DNA of 64,000 nt from a virus: positions 57,784 to 121,783 of the IMG/VR virus record IMGVR_UViG_3300033233_000010; one strand, 5' to 3'. Below, in pieces: positions 28,410 to 38,191 of this stretch. Under the pieces are notes generated by a model that saw only the letters and a program-made list of their open reading frames with translations, ran no database searches and was not told where the DNA came from. Within the stretch, counting starts at the first letter, position 1. Every line of letters starts with the position of its first letter. The position numbers were made by a program, and so were the translations under genes.

Positions 28410-28890
28410 GACTGGTCTCCTCTGAAAGCCGCGGGATACCCTCGGCCCTCGTCCACGCTTCTTCTACCTTCCGCTTGAGACACCAGAGCGGCAATCGCCG
28501 CCGGCCCTGCTCGGCGAGAAGCGGCCCCAGAAACGCGATGAACGGCTCGGGGTACCACCGGCGCCGTTGTCCATCGACGATCCGGTTCCTGGGGATGACG
28601 TGAGTCTCATCGTAGACTCGGAGGGTTTGCTTGGTGATGCCGAGGCGCTTAGCCGACTCGCCGAGGCCAAGGAGCACGATGTCCATCCCATCGACCGAGA
28701 TGACGCGTGGCCTGTTTGGACGGCGGTGTGGCTTCACGCCAGTCGGCACGTAACGCTCTCGTGCGGCTCGCTGCTTGGCCTCCTTTACGACCTCATCCGT
28801 GTGGTACTTCTCCTTCTGCCCGTCGAGGACGCGCCTTCGGAAGTCGGGGTTGCCGTTCCAGTACTGAATGAACCGCGAGAAGTCGCTCAT
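28246..28890 (-). CDS. MerR-like HTH DNA-binding protein
   Basis: LGESAKRLGITKQTLRVYD...RRWY. Confidence 0.6.
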   Translation of the reverse strand: MSDFSRFIQYWNGNPDFRRRVLDGQKEKYHTDEVVKEAKQRAARERYVPTGVKPHRRPNRPRVISVDGMDIVLLGLGESAKRLGITKQTLRVYDETHVIPRNRIVDGQRRRWYPEPFIAFLGPLLAEQGRRRLPLWCLKRKVEEAWTRAEGIPRLSEETSHGEEDSAPGERVDHRVRSGDPATRGGSAGEDGDGGGQGSHDSTGTAPQGGSGPG

Positions 28891-30347
28891 GGCCTCGTCA
28901 CTTCCAAGACCTCACAGCCCAGGCTCCTGTAGGCTTCGACGCGGCGAGTAGCTCGCCCTTTCGAGTAGCCGACGTGCGTCTCGTAGCAGTCGACCACCCG
29001 GAGCGGTCGCCGTTCGATCCCCTCTACCTTCTCCCGCAGGCGCCCCACTGGTTGAAGCGGCTCGCCTGGCGGCGTGGCGAAGAACAGGGTGTCGAGCTTC
29101 GGGACGTTGAGCGCATCGCGCGCCATCACGAAGGTCGCGAAGATCACGTCGGCGCTGCCGACGACCTTCCGCTCCTCCGGCGTCATGCCGGCTTCGAGCG
29201 AGGCGGTCTGGATGAAGCGGTAGTCGGGCAAATAGGGCACGCCGTCAGCAACTCGCACAACCGGATGAACCGGATCGAGTCCGCGGATCGTTTCGAGCCG
29301 CAGCTCCTTGAGGTGGTCGACACGCGCCGAGAGCACAAGGATCTGGCGCCCCTTGAGCGCCGCTTTGACGATCTCCTCCGCGACCATCTTCGTGCGAGCC
29401 CGGTCGTTTTCGAGGAGCGTGTCGTACTTGCCGGGGTCGCACTTACCCATGCGCCACTCCTCACCGAGCTTCTTCCACCTGTGGTACTTGCTCTCCTCGT
29501 AGGCGCGTGCGAAGGCGATAAGCCGAATCGCGGGCGCCTGGGCCAGCTCCGTGCGGACGCGCTTGGCGCGATGCCCCACGCCGCCGAAGCTCCACCGGAC
29601 GATGTCGTCGAGCCCGTCCTTCCTTACTGGGTCGGCGCTGAGCCCGAGCCGGAGCTTGGCGGGGAACATGCGCACGATCTCTCGCCAGCGAGCCGCCCCG
29701 TGCTTGTGGACCTCGTCGCACACGAGAAAGCCGATCTGCTTCCTGAGCGCTTCGGGTACCTCGCCGCGCGAGAGAAGCGTCTGGATCGAGAAGAGCGTGA
29801 CGGGTTTTCCCACATCGCAGCGATCGCCCTGCACGATGCCGATCTGATCATCCGTGAGCCCGAGAACGCGCTTCGCCTCGGCGACCCAGTTGTCCATCAT
29901 GTGCCCGACGTAGACTGGCACGCCGATCTTGCGCCCGAAGGTGGCGCCGATCGCGTAGCCGCACATCGTTTTCCCGGTACCGGTCGGCGCCACGAGGATG
30001 CCGCCGTGGTGCGCCTTGAGATACTCGACCATCGCCGGGATTGACGTGTCCTGTCCTCGATCTTGGTCGGGTTTGGCGATCACGGTGAAGCGGTGGAACT
30101 CGCCCTCGACCCAGTCCCAGTGGTGGACGTTGCCCCAGAGTCCCTCGTCGTAGTGCCGCGGCACCCACAGGTGACAGTCCTCGTGGCGTGCGGCACACAC
30201 ACTCTCTGGCGCCTGATCCTCGTCCCAGAGCTTCTTCTTGCGCGTAAGGGACGCGGCGAGCGCTTGGCGCTCGTGGTCGTCGAGGAGATGGATGGGGATT
30301 CCGAGGTCTCCTCGCATGACGAAGCCGGTTGCGGTTGCTCGCAGCAT
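28887..30347 (-). CDS. Superfamily 2 helicase (UvsW/XPB-like)
   Basis: APTGTGKT, DEVH, GLSAD, ILVLSARVDHL, and QPVGRL. Confidence 0.88.
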   Translation of the reverse strand: MLRATATGFVMRGDLGIPIHLLDDHERQALAASLTRKKKLWDEDQAPESVCAARHEDCHLWVPRHYDEGLWGNVHHWDWVEGEFHRFTVIAKPDQDRGQDTSIPAMVEYLKAHHGGILVAPTGTGKTMCGYAIGATFGRKIGVPVYVGHMMDNWVAEAKRVLGLTDDQIGIVQGDRCDVGKPVTLFSIQTLLSRGEVPEALRKQIGFLVCDEVHKHGAARWREIVRMFPAKLRLGLSADPVRKDGLDDIVRWSFGGVGHRAKRVRTELAQAPAIRLIAFARAYEESKYHRWKKLGEEWRMGKCDPGKYDTLLENDRARTKMVAEEIVKAALKGRQILVLSARVDHLKELRLETIRGLDPVHPVVRVADGVPYLPDYRFIQTASLEAGMTPEERKVVGSADVIFATFVMARDALNVPKLDTLFFATPPGEPLQPVGRLREKVEGIERRPLRVVDCYETHVGYSKGRATRRVEAYRSLGCEVLEVTRP

Positions 30348-30414
30348 AGTCTCTCGGTTCCCTACCCAGCGTTTTACCTACGCCACGCGGTTTCAGAACA
30401 GTGGAAAGCCAGTC

Positions 30415-31068
30415 TCAAGTCACGATGCCGGAGCGGATTGTTCCGATTACAGATGCCGGCGGCGGTTGAAAATCCGCGGCCAGCGTCGTGTGTCCGCACG
30501 CAGAACATCGTAGAGGCGACCCCTCCTCCGCGAAAGCCTTGTTCTCCCATATCGTTGGGGGGAAGGCGCGTCCGCAGATGCAGCTGTCTCGATGCTGGAG
30601 CACCAGCCGCATGACCGTGGTTACGTGATGCTCGATCCCACGAGCCTTGCTCTCGCGCGGGCCAGCCACGTTGAGGATCTCGAAGCGGTGATGCTCGATC
30701 CAGCTACGAATGAAGCGAGCTGCCCGCTTGTCGAGGCCGATGTCAGCCTTGCACATGAGCGTGAAGTACATCCCACGCTTGCCCAGCTCACCCACGAGGT
30801 CGAGAGTGAGCTTTGTGCCGCCGGTCGGCGCATCCTCGTAAGAAAGAAGCAGCGTGGCGTCAGCGTCCATCACGTTCAAGCGCGTACGTTCTCGATAATC
30901 TTCGCTCTCGGTCTCGACGAGCGGAAACCCGAGTGGAATCACGCCGTCCTCGGCCTTGCGGCCTTTGGGACACCACCCGCCGACGAAGTAGCCGAGTCCT
31001 TGGGCAGCTATGAGCGCGCCGCGGTCGACGCCGCTTTGGCCTCCCGAGATGACGATCAGGTCATGCAC
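30415..31068 (-). CDS. SLOG-superfamily (putative MoCo-carrier family) protein with C-terminal Zn ribbon
   Basis: VISGGQSGVDRGAL, GGWCPKGRKAEDG, RTRLNV, GGTKLT, and LNVAGPRES. Confidence 0.8.
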   Translation of the reverse strand: MHDLIVISGGQSGVDRGALIAAQGLGYFVGGWCPKGRKAEDGVIPLGFPLVETESEDYRERTRLNVMDADATLLLSYEDAPTGGTKLTLDLVGELGKRGMYFTLMCKADIGLDKRAARFIRSWIEHHRFEILNVAGPRESKARGIEHHVTTVMRLVLQHRDSCICGRAFPPTIWENKAFAEEGSPLRCSACGHTTLAADFQPPPASVIGTIRSGIVT

Positions 31069-31077
31069 GCGAAGGTT

Positions 31078-31491
31078 CTACCCTTGAAACGTGGTAGGGC
31101 TGTTCGGGTCGGCATCCGGCGGCTGAACGACAAGCGTCCCGTTGGAGAAGTACTCGACGAAGCGGGTGTTCGCTCCCGGCGCCTTGTCGATGTCGAGATC
31201 GAAGATGCCAGTAGTCACGTCGATCGTCCCGACCGGCTTGTCGGAGAAGTTGAGGAGCGTCGTGAGGTCGTCATCGACACGGATGTCGCCCGAGATGAAG
31301 ATCGGCCTGTTGGTGTCCACCGGCATGATCGGAAGCTGGTAGCTCAGGTGACGGGTTCCATCTGGGGCCTTCCGAATGCGGTCTTCGAGGGGCGAGCAGA
31401 TGCGGAGCGGGGCTCCACGCGGCCCACCGAACGCGCCGCCCGAGTAGTAGCCGGGCGGCGGCCACGGGTCTTCGTGGAACTCGAAGCTCAC
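31078..31491 (-). CDS. Hypothetical protein
   Basis: 137 aa, coupled to its neighbours. Confidence 0.55.
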   Translation of the reverse strand: MSFEFHEDPWPPPGYYSGGAFGGPRGAPLRICSPLEDRIRKAPDGTRHLSYQLPIMPVDTNRPIFISGDIRVDDDLTTLLNFSDKPVGTIDVTTGIFDLDIDKAPGANTRFVEYFSNGTLVVQPPDADPNSPTTFQG

Positions 31492-32129
31492 GCAAGGTCT
31501 CCAATCTTGTCGCGCCGCAGCGGCGCTGCCGCGATCGCATCTTCGGACGAACGCCCGACACGCATCCGATAGCGAATCGTGCTGTCAAGCACGCCCGTTC
31601 GTCTTGACCACTCGGCCACGGTAAGCGTCTGCCCGCGAACAGTGAGCGGAGTATTGCTCCGCTGATTTTGGCTCTGCTCGCTTTTCGTCGCCCACCGCAC
31701 GTTTCCATGCGCATAGCCAGCGGCGTTGTCGATGCGTTCAAGTGAGTAAGCTGCCCGCCTGCCGTTCATCCCGGCTGGGCGCGATCCCACGTCAGCGAAG
31801 AACGCCTCGAAGCTGTCGCGCCACCGTTCGCAGACCTCGATGCCGCGACCGCCGTAGTCTTTCCACTTCCGGTGCTTCGGATCTTTGCAACGCCGGTTCA
31901 TGTCCTGCCAGGCTTGATACTCTGGAGTCCGAGCCATCCCGTGTGTTTGACATCTGCTCGCCGACAACTCGCGCCGCAAACATCCGCAGCTTCGCGTGTG
32001 ACCGCCTGTCAAGCTACCGTAGCGGACGACCATCTCGGTGCCACAGAGGCACCGGACGCGAACCAGTCGGCGCCCTCGCCGGGCGTCGCGACCAGCCTCT
32101 CCGATGATCATAAGGCGTCCGAAGCTCAT
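31488..32129 (-). CDS. HNH homing endonuclease
   Basis: CLCG, SCGC, YQAW..M..RC, YGGRGIEVCERW, and LERIDNAAGYAHGNVRWAT. Confidence 0.9.
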   Translation of the reverse strand: MSFGRLMIIGEAGRDARRGRRLVRVRCLCGTEMVVRYGSLTGGHTRSCGCLRRELSASRCQTHGMARTPEYQAWQDMNRRCKDPKHRKWKDYGGRGIEVCERWRDSFEAFFADVGSRPAGMNGRRAAYSLERIDNAAGYAHGNVRWATKSEQSQNQRSNTPLTVRGQTLTVAEWSRRTGVLDSTIRYRMRVGRSSEDAIAAAPLRRDKIGDLA

Positions 32130-32401
32130 TCTCCGCTCAACCAGGCAAGCCTCTCCACGATACCAGGGGGGCCTCGTCTCCGCTCCTGGGCGCACTGTGA
32201 GGACGCGCCGTCCTGGCCGTCGCAGAACATTCCGCAGACGTGCAACGGATGCCACCCCGGCAGGCTGCTCGTCGAGCAGGCGGTTCCCGAAGAGGCACAC
32301 TGGGTCGCGTAGGGCGCGATCGCGTGTGCAACGTAGCGTCCGGTGTCGTCGTCGACCCACTGGTCGCTGCTGCACTGTCGGCAGTAGACCTTGGTCCTCA
32401 T
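32126..32401 (-). CDS. Cys-rich small protein
   Basis: ATG at 32401; CxxC and further Cys/His residues. Confidence 0.45.
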   Translation of the reverse strand: MRTKVYCRQCSSDQWVDDDTGRYVAHAIAPYATQCASSGTACSTSSLPGWHPLHVCGMFCDGQDGASSQCAQERRRGPPGIVERLAWLSGE

Positions 32402-32781
32402 GCCGTGACGGGAGCGCCCTCGCCTGACTCGTCGGCGGCCTTGCCGAACTCCTTCTGGAACTTCTTGGCGGCGGAGACGAGCGCCGCGTGAGTCTTCGGG
32501 CTGATCCCGGTGACGAGCCACTCGCCGGTCACGCCGACCGCCTTGGCGAGCATGTAGGCCCGCGGGATCGAGATGGACCGCCAGCCGTTCTCCAGCTGAC
32601 CGATGTCCTGCTCGCTCGTCCCGGCCTTGGCGGCGAGATCCGCCTGGGTCATGCCCTTGGTGGTTCTCGCCTGCTGGAGCCGCTTGCCGACCCCCACCAT
32701 CTCGGGGATCACCCTGTTCTTCCGGGCGGTCGCCTTGGCCTTACCCCTCGACCTTGCGCCCTTGGTCATCGTTGCCGTCAT
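32398..32781 (-). CDS. XRE/Cro-CI family HTH regulator
   Basis: RLQQARTTKGMTQADLAAKAGTSEQDIGQLENG. Confidence 0.85.
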   Translation of the reverse strand: MTATMTKGARSRGKAKATARKNRVIPEMVGVGKRLQQARTTKGMTQADLAAKAGTSEQDIGQLENGWRSISIPRAYMLAKAVGVTGEWLVTGISPKTHAALVSAAKKFQKEFGKAADESGEGAPVTA

Positions 32782-32953
32782 GGTGCTTCTCCTCGCGCTT
32801 CTGTGCGTCGCGCATCTTGGCGATGGTTCGCGCGACCGTTCGGTCTGACACTCCGATTCGATCGGCGATCTGCCGGTTGTTGAGTCCTTGCTTGTGCAAC
32901 TCCCACACCCTGCCCTTGGCCCGGTTGGAAATTGCGGATGCGTCGACTCTCAT
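32741..32953 (-). CDS. Small HTH protein
   Basis: LHKQGLNNRQIADRIGVSDRTVAR. Confidence 0.7.
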   Translation of the reverse strand: MRVDASAISNRAKGRVWELHKQGLNNRQIADRIGVSDRTVARTIAKMRDAQKREEKHHDGNDDQGRKVEG

Positions 32954-33079
32954 CGTTTTACCCTCCGTCTACGCGTTCAAAGAGTTTGGACTAGGAATCC
33001 ACACGATTCCCACATCGCGATGCGCAGCATCACTACTGGGTGGTTGGAACAGCTCGGCTTCGGGAACGGAGCTTCGCGC

Positions 33080-33349
33080 TCAGAGCCCCAGGATCTTCAC
33101 GAGCCGATCATCGAGATCGCGAAGGATGGCATCTTTGATCGCGGTCTTCCCATCCTCGTCGCCGTGCTCGGAAACCATCACCGCGAGGTGAGATTCGTCG
33201 ATCTTCACAGCGAACGCGATCGTCTTCTCGAAGTTGGTGCTGATGATTACGGCGCCAGCCGGGCGCAGAAGAAGATCGAGCGTCGGACCGTCGACGGCGG
33301 CGAGGCGAATCGGCATGGCCGGCTCGTTCGGCTTGAAGGCATTGATCAT
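33080..33349 (-). CDS. Hypothetical protein
   Basis: ATG at 33349 with AGGAG SD; 89 aa. Confidence 0.55.
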   Translation of the reverse strand: MINAFKPNEPAMPIRLAAVDGPTLDLLLRPAGAVIISTNFEKTIAFAVKIDESHLAVMVSEHGDEDGKTAIKDAILRDLDDRLVKILGL

Positions 33350-33359
33350 CGTGGTCTCC

Positions 33360-34082
33360 TCAGACGTTGGCGATCGAGCAGGGGGCCGTTTTGACCCACT
33401 GAATGTCTTGCTCGATGCAGATGAAGCGGCGACCGCAGTCGCGCGCGGCCTTGGCGGTCGGGCAGTCACCGGCGAACGGGTCGACGATGAGGTCTCCCGG
33501 GTTCGTGAGGATCTCGAAGATTTCGCGGAAGAGCGCGGGCGGTTTCGCAGCGGGATGACGCTTGACGCCCTTCTTCGTGCGCACGACCGGGTAGTGGAAG
33601 ACCCCGTTCTCGGAGCCCTTGCCAAAGCGCCGGTTGAAAACCCACTTCCCGCGCTTGCCCGGAGCCTTCTTGACGGCCCAGAGCGCGTCCTCGTGCGCCT
33701 GCGTGAACGAGCGCTCCTTGTTGCGGGGCATCGGGTTCGTCTTGATCCACATGAGCTTCCGCTTCACGTCGAAGCCGAGGGCGGTGAGCGCCTCCGCGAC
33801 GAGACCGAGCTTTTTCCAGTCGTTCCACACGACGATGCTTCCACCGGGCACGAGAAGGTCGGCGGCTGGGGGAAGCCACCCGACCTGGTCGAAGTTCTTG
33901 TCCCAGTCGAAGTCGATCCCGGTGCGTCCCATGGTCGTGAGGTTGTTCGGTCGCGACACCTCGTAGGGTGGGTCGCCCATGACGAGTCGGACGCTCTCCG
34001 GCTCGATCAGTGGGAACACGTCGAAGCAGTCCTCGACGTAGAGCTTGTCGCGGGCAAGCGTCGGGACGGCGGCGATCGTCAC
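33360..34082 (-). CDS. DNA methyltransferase (N4-C/N6-A, beta class)
   Basis: DPPY precedes HPAAKP and IVDPFAG; GTG at 34082 overlaps the upstream stop. Confidence 0.88.
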   Translation of the reverse strand: MTIAAVPTLARDKLYVEDCFDVFPLIEPESVRLVMGDPPYEVSRPNNLTTMGRTGIDFDWDKNFDQVGWLPPAADLLVPGGSIVVWNDWKKLGLVAEALTALGFDVKRKLMWIKTNPMPRNKERSFTQAHEDALWAVKKAPGKRGKWVFNRRFGKGSENGVFHYPVVRTKKGVKRHPAAKPPALFREIFEILTNPGDLIVDPFAGDCPTAKAARDCGRRFICIEQDIQWVKTAPCSIANV

Positions 34083-34663
34083 TTGGCGTCTCCCTGTTTG
34101 GGCTCGAATCTGGTGCCACACGTCGAGCAGCGACGCTCGCGTCCGTCGGAGACGAAGGTGCGCGGCAGCTCGCGCTCGACGCCGCCGGCCCAACACACCG
34201 GGCACAACATGAGCCTCTTGAGGCGGTCGATCTCGGCCTTGAGCCGGTCCACCTCGGACGGCGCCGGGTCGGCGAGCGGGACCTCCTCCACCACGATCGG
34301 CGGCGGTTCCGTCGCAGGCGAGTCGGGCGGCGTCGGATTCAACTCCCAAACCACCTCGCCGCGGTTCCTCCGATTGTCGCGCTCGTGCCCGCTCTGCCGT
34401 ATCACGCCGTCGCGAGCAAGCTCCGTAAAGCGAGTTCGCGCGGACGACTCTCCGTGGCCGGTCGCCGCGATGAACTCGTCGCCGATCACTCCCCCAGTAA
34501 CGGCGCCGCTCGGGCCTACTACCGCGGGGCCAGCCGCCCGGATCATCGCCTCCACTTGCGCTCGAATGGCGGCTACGTGTGGAAGAATCGCAGCCGCGGC
34601 GGCAACCTCGGTCGCGGGTCCGTGGGCGTGGTGCATCAAGCGCAGCTCGTCGTCGGCGCTCAT
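34079..34663 (-). CDS. Winged-HTH protein (paralog 1)
   Basis: SSARTRFTELARDGVIRQSG; ATG at 34663 overlaps the upstream TGA. Confidence 0.55.
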   Translation of the reverse strand: MSADDELRLMHHAHGPATEVAAAAAILPHVAAIRAQVEAMIRAAGPAVVGPSGAVTGGVIGDEFIAATGHGESSARTRFTELARDGVIRQSGHERDNRRNRGEVVWELNPTPPDSPATEPPPIVVEEVPLADPAPSEVDRLKAEIDRLKRLMLCPVCWAGGVERELPRTFVSDGRERRCSTCGTRFEPKQGDAK

Positions 34664-35109
34664 GTCGACACCCGGTAGACGCGGGCCTGCTTGCCCGTGC
34701 GGGTGGGTCGCCGCTTCCCGGTGTTGACGATGCGCTCCTCCTTCTGGAGATCCGTGAAGCGAGCGGAGCACGTCTGGTGCGCCATGTCGAGAGCGACCTC
34801 GGCCTCGTCGCACGTCGACTCGGCGTGGGGCTGCTTCTTCATGTAGTCGATGATCTTCTGGCGGTCCATCGCCCGCTTCGATGCGGACGTGGTCGCGAAC
34901 GCCTCGACGGACGTGTCGGCGCCGCCGTGGTAGGAGAGGCACGGGTCGCGCTCGGTGCTCGGCGGCGTGATGGAGAACTCCGGCGTCCCGGGCGACGTGG
35001 TTGCCCCACAGGAGCACTTCAACACGCCCTTCTTCTTGACGGCTTCGTCCCACTTCGTCTCGGGGATCGCCTTGCCGCAGCTCGCGCACGCCCTCGTCAT
35101 GGTCGTCAT
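34660..35109 (-). CDS. Zn-finger plus winged-HTH protein (paralog 2)
   Basis: CASC and CSC motifs; TCDEAEVAL...TCSARFTDLQKEERIVNTG. Confidence 0.6.
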   Translation of the reverse strand: MTTMTRACASCGKAIPETKWDEAVKKKGVLKCSCGATTSPGTPEFSITPPSTERDPCLSYHGGADTSVEAFATTSASKRAMDRQKIIDYMKKQPHAESTCDEAEVALDMAHQTCSARFTDLQKEERIVNTGKRRPTRTGKQARVYRVST

Positions 35110-35438
35110 GGTGTCTCCGTCCCGATGAGAAAGATGCCCTTCTTGAAGCCGCCCTTCGCCCGGCGCTTCGCCGTGGCAACCTTCCTCACACCAGCCATGC
35201 CGGCCCCGCAGCGCAGCGCCAGCTCGTTGAGCACCTCGTAGACATCGGCCAGCTCTTCGAGCTGATGCCGGTTTCCGTTGGCGTTGCGGACCTCAATCGC
35301 CTCCTCGACGAGCTTCTCGCGCAGCGCCAGTTTCACCCGAAGCGGCGAGAGGACCGCGGTGATCGGCCTTTGGCCGGCGCGCATGATGCGCTCGGGGATC
35401 TTGTCTCGAACGAGCTTGTTGAAGATCGCGCGGATCAC
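35106..35438 (-). CDS. MazG-like nucleotide pyrophosphohydrolase
   Basis: NKLVRDKIP, KLVEEAIE, EELADVYEV, and KRRAKGGF. Confidence 0.85.
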   Translation of the reverse strand: MIRAIFNKLVRDKIPERIMRAGQRPITAVLSPLRVKLALREKLVEEAIEVRNANGNRHQLEELADVYEVLNELALRCGAGMAGVRKVATAKRRAKGGFKKGIFLIGTETP

Positions 35439-35854
35439 GCCACACCCTTGGCCCGAGCGGCGTTGGCGCGGATCTCCGAGATAGAGCGCATGAGCGCTTC
35501 TGGGATAACCTCAGCGCCCCAGAGGTTGTGCAGGTCGAAGATCGGTCGAAGCTCGACCACGCGCGTCGCCGGATACGGGCCACACGCGCTGCACACGAGG
35601 CTGACCACGATGCGACTCCCGTCGACGATACTCGCCAGCTGCGCGACGGCGTCGAGGTTTGGGTTGGCCGGCGGCTCGCCGAACGTAATGGTCATGTCGC
35701 GCTCGCAGCCGCAGCGCACGCACGTAAGCGGAACAGACTCCTTCGGCTCAAGGAGCGTCGCCTTCAGCTCGGCGAGCGTCTTGTAGTGCCTGAACGGGAG
35801 CTTGCTCGCCGGCTCCTTGCCTGTTCCGTCGCAGTGCTTGCACGTATCGCTCAC
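35435..35854 (-). CDS. Cys-rich hypothetical protein
   Basis: Three CxxC motifs. Confidence 0.5.
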   Translation of the reverse strand: MSDTCKHCDGTGKEPASKLPFRHYKTLAELKATLLEPKESVPLTCVRCGCERDMTITFGEPPANPNLDAVAQLASIVDGSRIVVSLVCSACGPYPATRVVELRPIFDLHNLWGAEVIPEALMRSISEIRANAARAKGVA

Positions 35855-35883
35855 GCCGCCTTAACTCCTTTGAGCCACTAGAC

Positions 35884-38190
35884 TTAGTGTACGTCGTCCC
35901 ACGTACGCCCAAACTTCGTCGAAGCATCGAGCGGGACTCGCAGCGTGGCCGCGCTCTTCATGTGCCGGTCGACCATCTCTTTGACTTCGGACCTGAGCAC
36001 GGCGGGGCATTCTCCCAACAGCTCGTCGTGGACCTGAACGAGAATGCGGACCTTTCGCCAGAGACGCGCCTCGGCAGAACCGACTTTGGCCGCACGCCGG
36101 TTGCGGTCCTCGATGATGCGGGTCATCGCGACTTTGATGATGTCCTGAGCGGTGCCGCAAACCTGGAAGTGAATCCCTTCGGAGACGGCCTTGAACTCGC
36201 TGAGCGACCTCTCTTGCGAGAGCCGGCGTCGACGCCCGGTGAGTGTCTGAGCGATCCACCCGTTGCTCCGCAGGACGCGCTCGGTGAGCGCATGGAATGG
36301 CTTGATGGACTCGTAGTTCGAGAACCACGCGTCGATGACCTGGGCCGCGTATTCGACGCGCGGCTCGCCGTTCTCATCGTAGAGATCGGCGTACTGACAG
36401 AAGCGGTCGGGACCGATGCGATAGCACACGCCGAAGTTGAGATTTTTGCTCAAAGGGTCGCGCTCAACCCTCACGTCCTCAGCCGTGCGTTGGTGCAGGT
36501 CGACGTGACGGCAACGCTTCTGGTGCTTAACCTTCTTGCCGCCGCATCGCGGGCACTGTTTGCCGTCCTCGGGAACAGCGGGAAGGTAGATGGACGCGGT
36601 TCGGTCCTTGGTCTTGTCCTTCTTGTCGCAGTCGTCGCAGACCCAGTGCTGATAGCGGAGACACGGACCGCCGCTCTCCGCGTGACAGCCGCCGACTGAG
36701 GAGTAGACCTCGGTCATATTCTTGTCGCCGGAGAGATGACAGATGACCCTCAACTCTACCTGGGAATAGTCCACGCCCCATAGCAGGAGCAGTTCGTCCT
36801 CGCGGACTTTTCGTTCGGTCGCGTCCTGAATGAGCTTGATCAGCTCCGGCTCGTCCGGCTGGTGCGTGCAGAACGCCTTGCGGATCAGGTTGCGATCTCT
36901 GGGCTGGTTCTGAAAGTTAAAAGGGTCCGAACTGCTGAGTCTCGCGACCACGGTGGAGGTTTGGTTAAAATGGGAGTGGACGCGCCCGTCGTGTGCCCCT
37001 TGCGCGAGCTTGCCGATCGTAACGGCGAAGTTGGTCCGCACGGTGTCGAGCGACCGCCAGTCGAGGATGTCGGCGACGAGGCTGTGCTGGATGATCTTCC
37101 CCGCCTCGTCCTTCACCTCGCCCGCGCGCCGGAGGTGGTTGATCTCCTTCGAGCCGGTCGAGTACTGTCCAGACTTCCCCTGCTTGATCGCCTTCGTCGA
37201 GAGCCCGAGGCCGCCCTGCTCCGGCGCACCGAAGAGAAGTTCCGAAACCTTCACCGACGACTTCGGGTTGAGGGTGTAACCCACTCGCTTCTCGATGCGA
37301 GCGAGGATCTCGTCTTTCTCGTTGGCGAGGTTCTCAGCGACCTGCCGGAGCCACCGCCAGTCGATGAGGACTCCCGCGCACTCCATCTCACCGAGGATGC
37401 GACATATCTTCATGTCGATCCCCCAGAAGATCCGCTCAAGCTCGCCGCCGGGCGTCTCGGCGCGGAGCCTGTCCATGCTGTGCTCGTAGAGCTTCCAGGT
37501 CCAGTACACGTCCTCCATGGCGTAGATGCCGAGCGGTTGCACCGAGTCGGCCATGAACGGAAGAACCTGCTGACGCTTGAGGCGCGCGGCGTCCTCGTAC
37601 GTCACCATCTCGTGCCCGAAGATGGCCTTCACGCGCTGCTTGAGCCCGTAAGCGTAGTGGTTTTCGTCGCAGAGGAAGTCGGCCAGCATCGAGTCGGCGA
37701 GCTTCATGTTCATCGAGATGCCGCGCTCGCACCCCGATGAGAAGTTGAGGAAGCCAACGTCGAACTTGACGTGGTGCCCGACTCCGATGATGTCGGGATA
37801 TTTCTCGAAGGTCGGGCGGAGGGCCTCCATGATCTCGCGCTGGTTGAGCGCGGGCCGGAGGTTCTGGATCACCGGCTGCTGGCGATGCAGTTCCCAGACC
37901 CTCTTGTCGTCCGGGTCACCGGTGCGCTCGTACTTGATGCGAGCGTGCTGTTCTTCTGGCGACTCGTCCGGCTGGACGTACTGGAGCATGGTGTCTTCGA
38001 CGAACGGATACCAGGCCCGGAGCGGAGCGCTCCTCTCGCCGTCCGGCACGTAGAACGAGATTCCCTCGATCTTGTCTACAAGCGGGTCGAGTCCCGTAGT
38101 CTCAAGGTCGAAGACGAAGGTACCGCGGGCGAGGATGCGATCGAGAAGCTCCCCGGTGGGGACGTTTCCGATGTCGATCTCTTCGAGCAT
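35884..38190 (-). CDS. polA: Family A DNA polymerase (3'-5' exonuclease plus polymerase, no 5'-3' exonuclease)
   Basis: FDLETTG, HHVKFD, YAMED; motif A DYSQVELR, motif B KNLNFGVCY, motif C VHDEL. Confidence 0.93.
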   Translation of the reverse strand: MLEEIDIGNVPTGELLDRILARGTFVFDLETTGLDPLVDKIEGISFYVPDGERSAPLRAWYPFVEDTMLQYVQPDESPEEQHARIKYERTGDPDDKRVWELHRQQPVIQNLRPALNQREIMEALRPTFEKYPDIIGVGHHVKFDVGFLNFSSGCERGISMNMKLADSMLADFLCDENHYAYGLKQRVKAIFGHEMVTYEDAARLKRQQVLPFMADSVQPLGIYAMEDVYWTWKLYEHSMDRLRAETPGGELERIFWGIDMKICRILGEMECAGVLIDWRWLRQVAENLANEKDEILARIEKRVGYTLNPKSSVKVSELLFGAPEQGGLGLSTKAIKQGKSGQYSTGSKEINHLRRAGEVKDEAGKIIQHSLVADILDWRSLDTVRTNFAVTIGKLAQGAHDGRVHSHFNQTSTVVARLSSSDPFNFQNQPRDRNLIRKAFCTHQPDEPELIKLIQDATERKVREDELLLLWGVDYSQVELRVICHLSGDKNMTEVYSSVGGCHAESGGPCLRYQHWVCDDCDKKDKTKDRTASIYLPAVPEDGKQCPRCGGKKVKHQKRCRHVDLHQRTAEDVRVERDPLSKNLNFGVCYRIGPDRFCQYADLYDENGEPRVEYAAQVIDAWFSNYESIKPFHALTERVLRSNGWIAQTLTGRRRRLSQERSLSEFKAVSEGIHFQVCGTAQDIIKVAMTRIIEDRNRRAAKVGSAEARLWRKVRILVQVHDELLGECPAVLRSEVKEMVDRHMKSAATLRVPLDASTKFGRTWDDVH

Positions 38191-38191
38191 C

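Noticed and set aside
30415-31068. Molybdenum cofactor metabolism
   Set aside because: The family name is historical, the fold is SLOG, and no Moco genes are nearby.
36500-36695. Intein in the DNA polymerase
   Set aside because: About 65 aa, with no terminal His-Asn followed by Cys/Ser/Thr and no endonuclease motifs.
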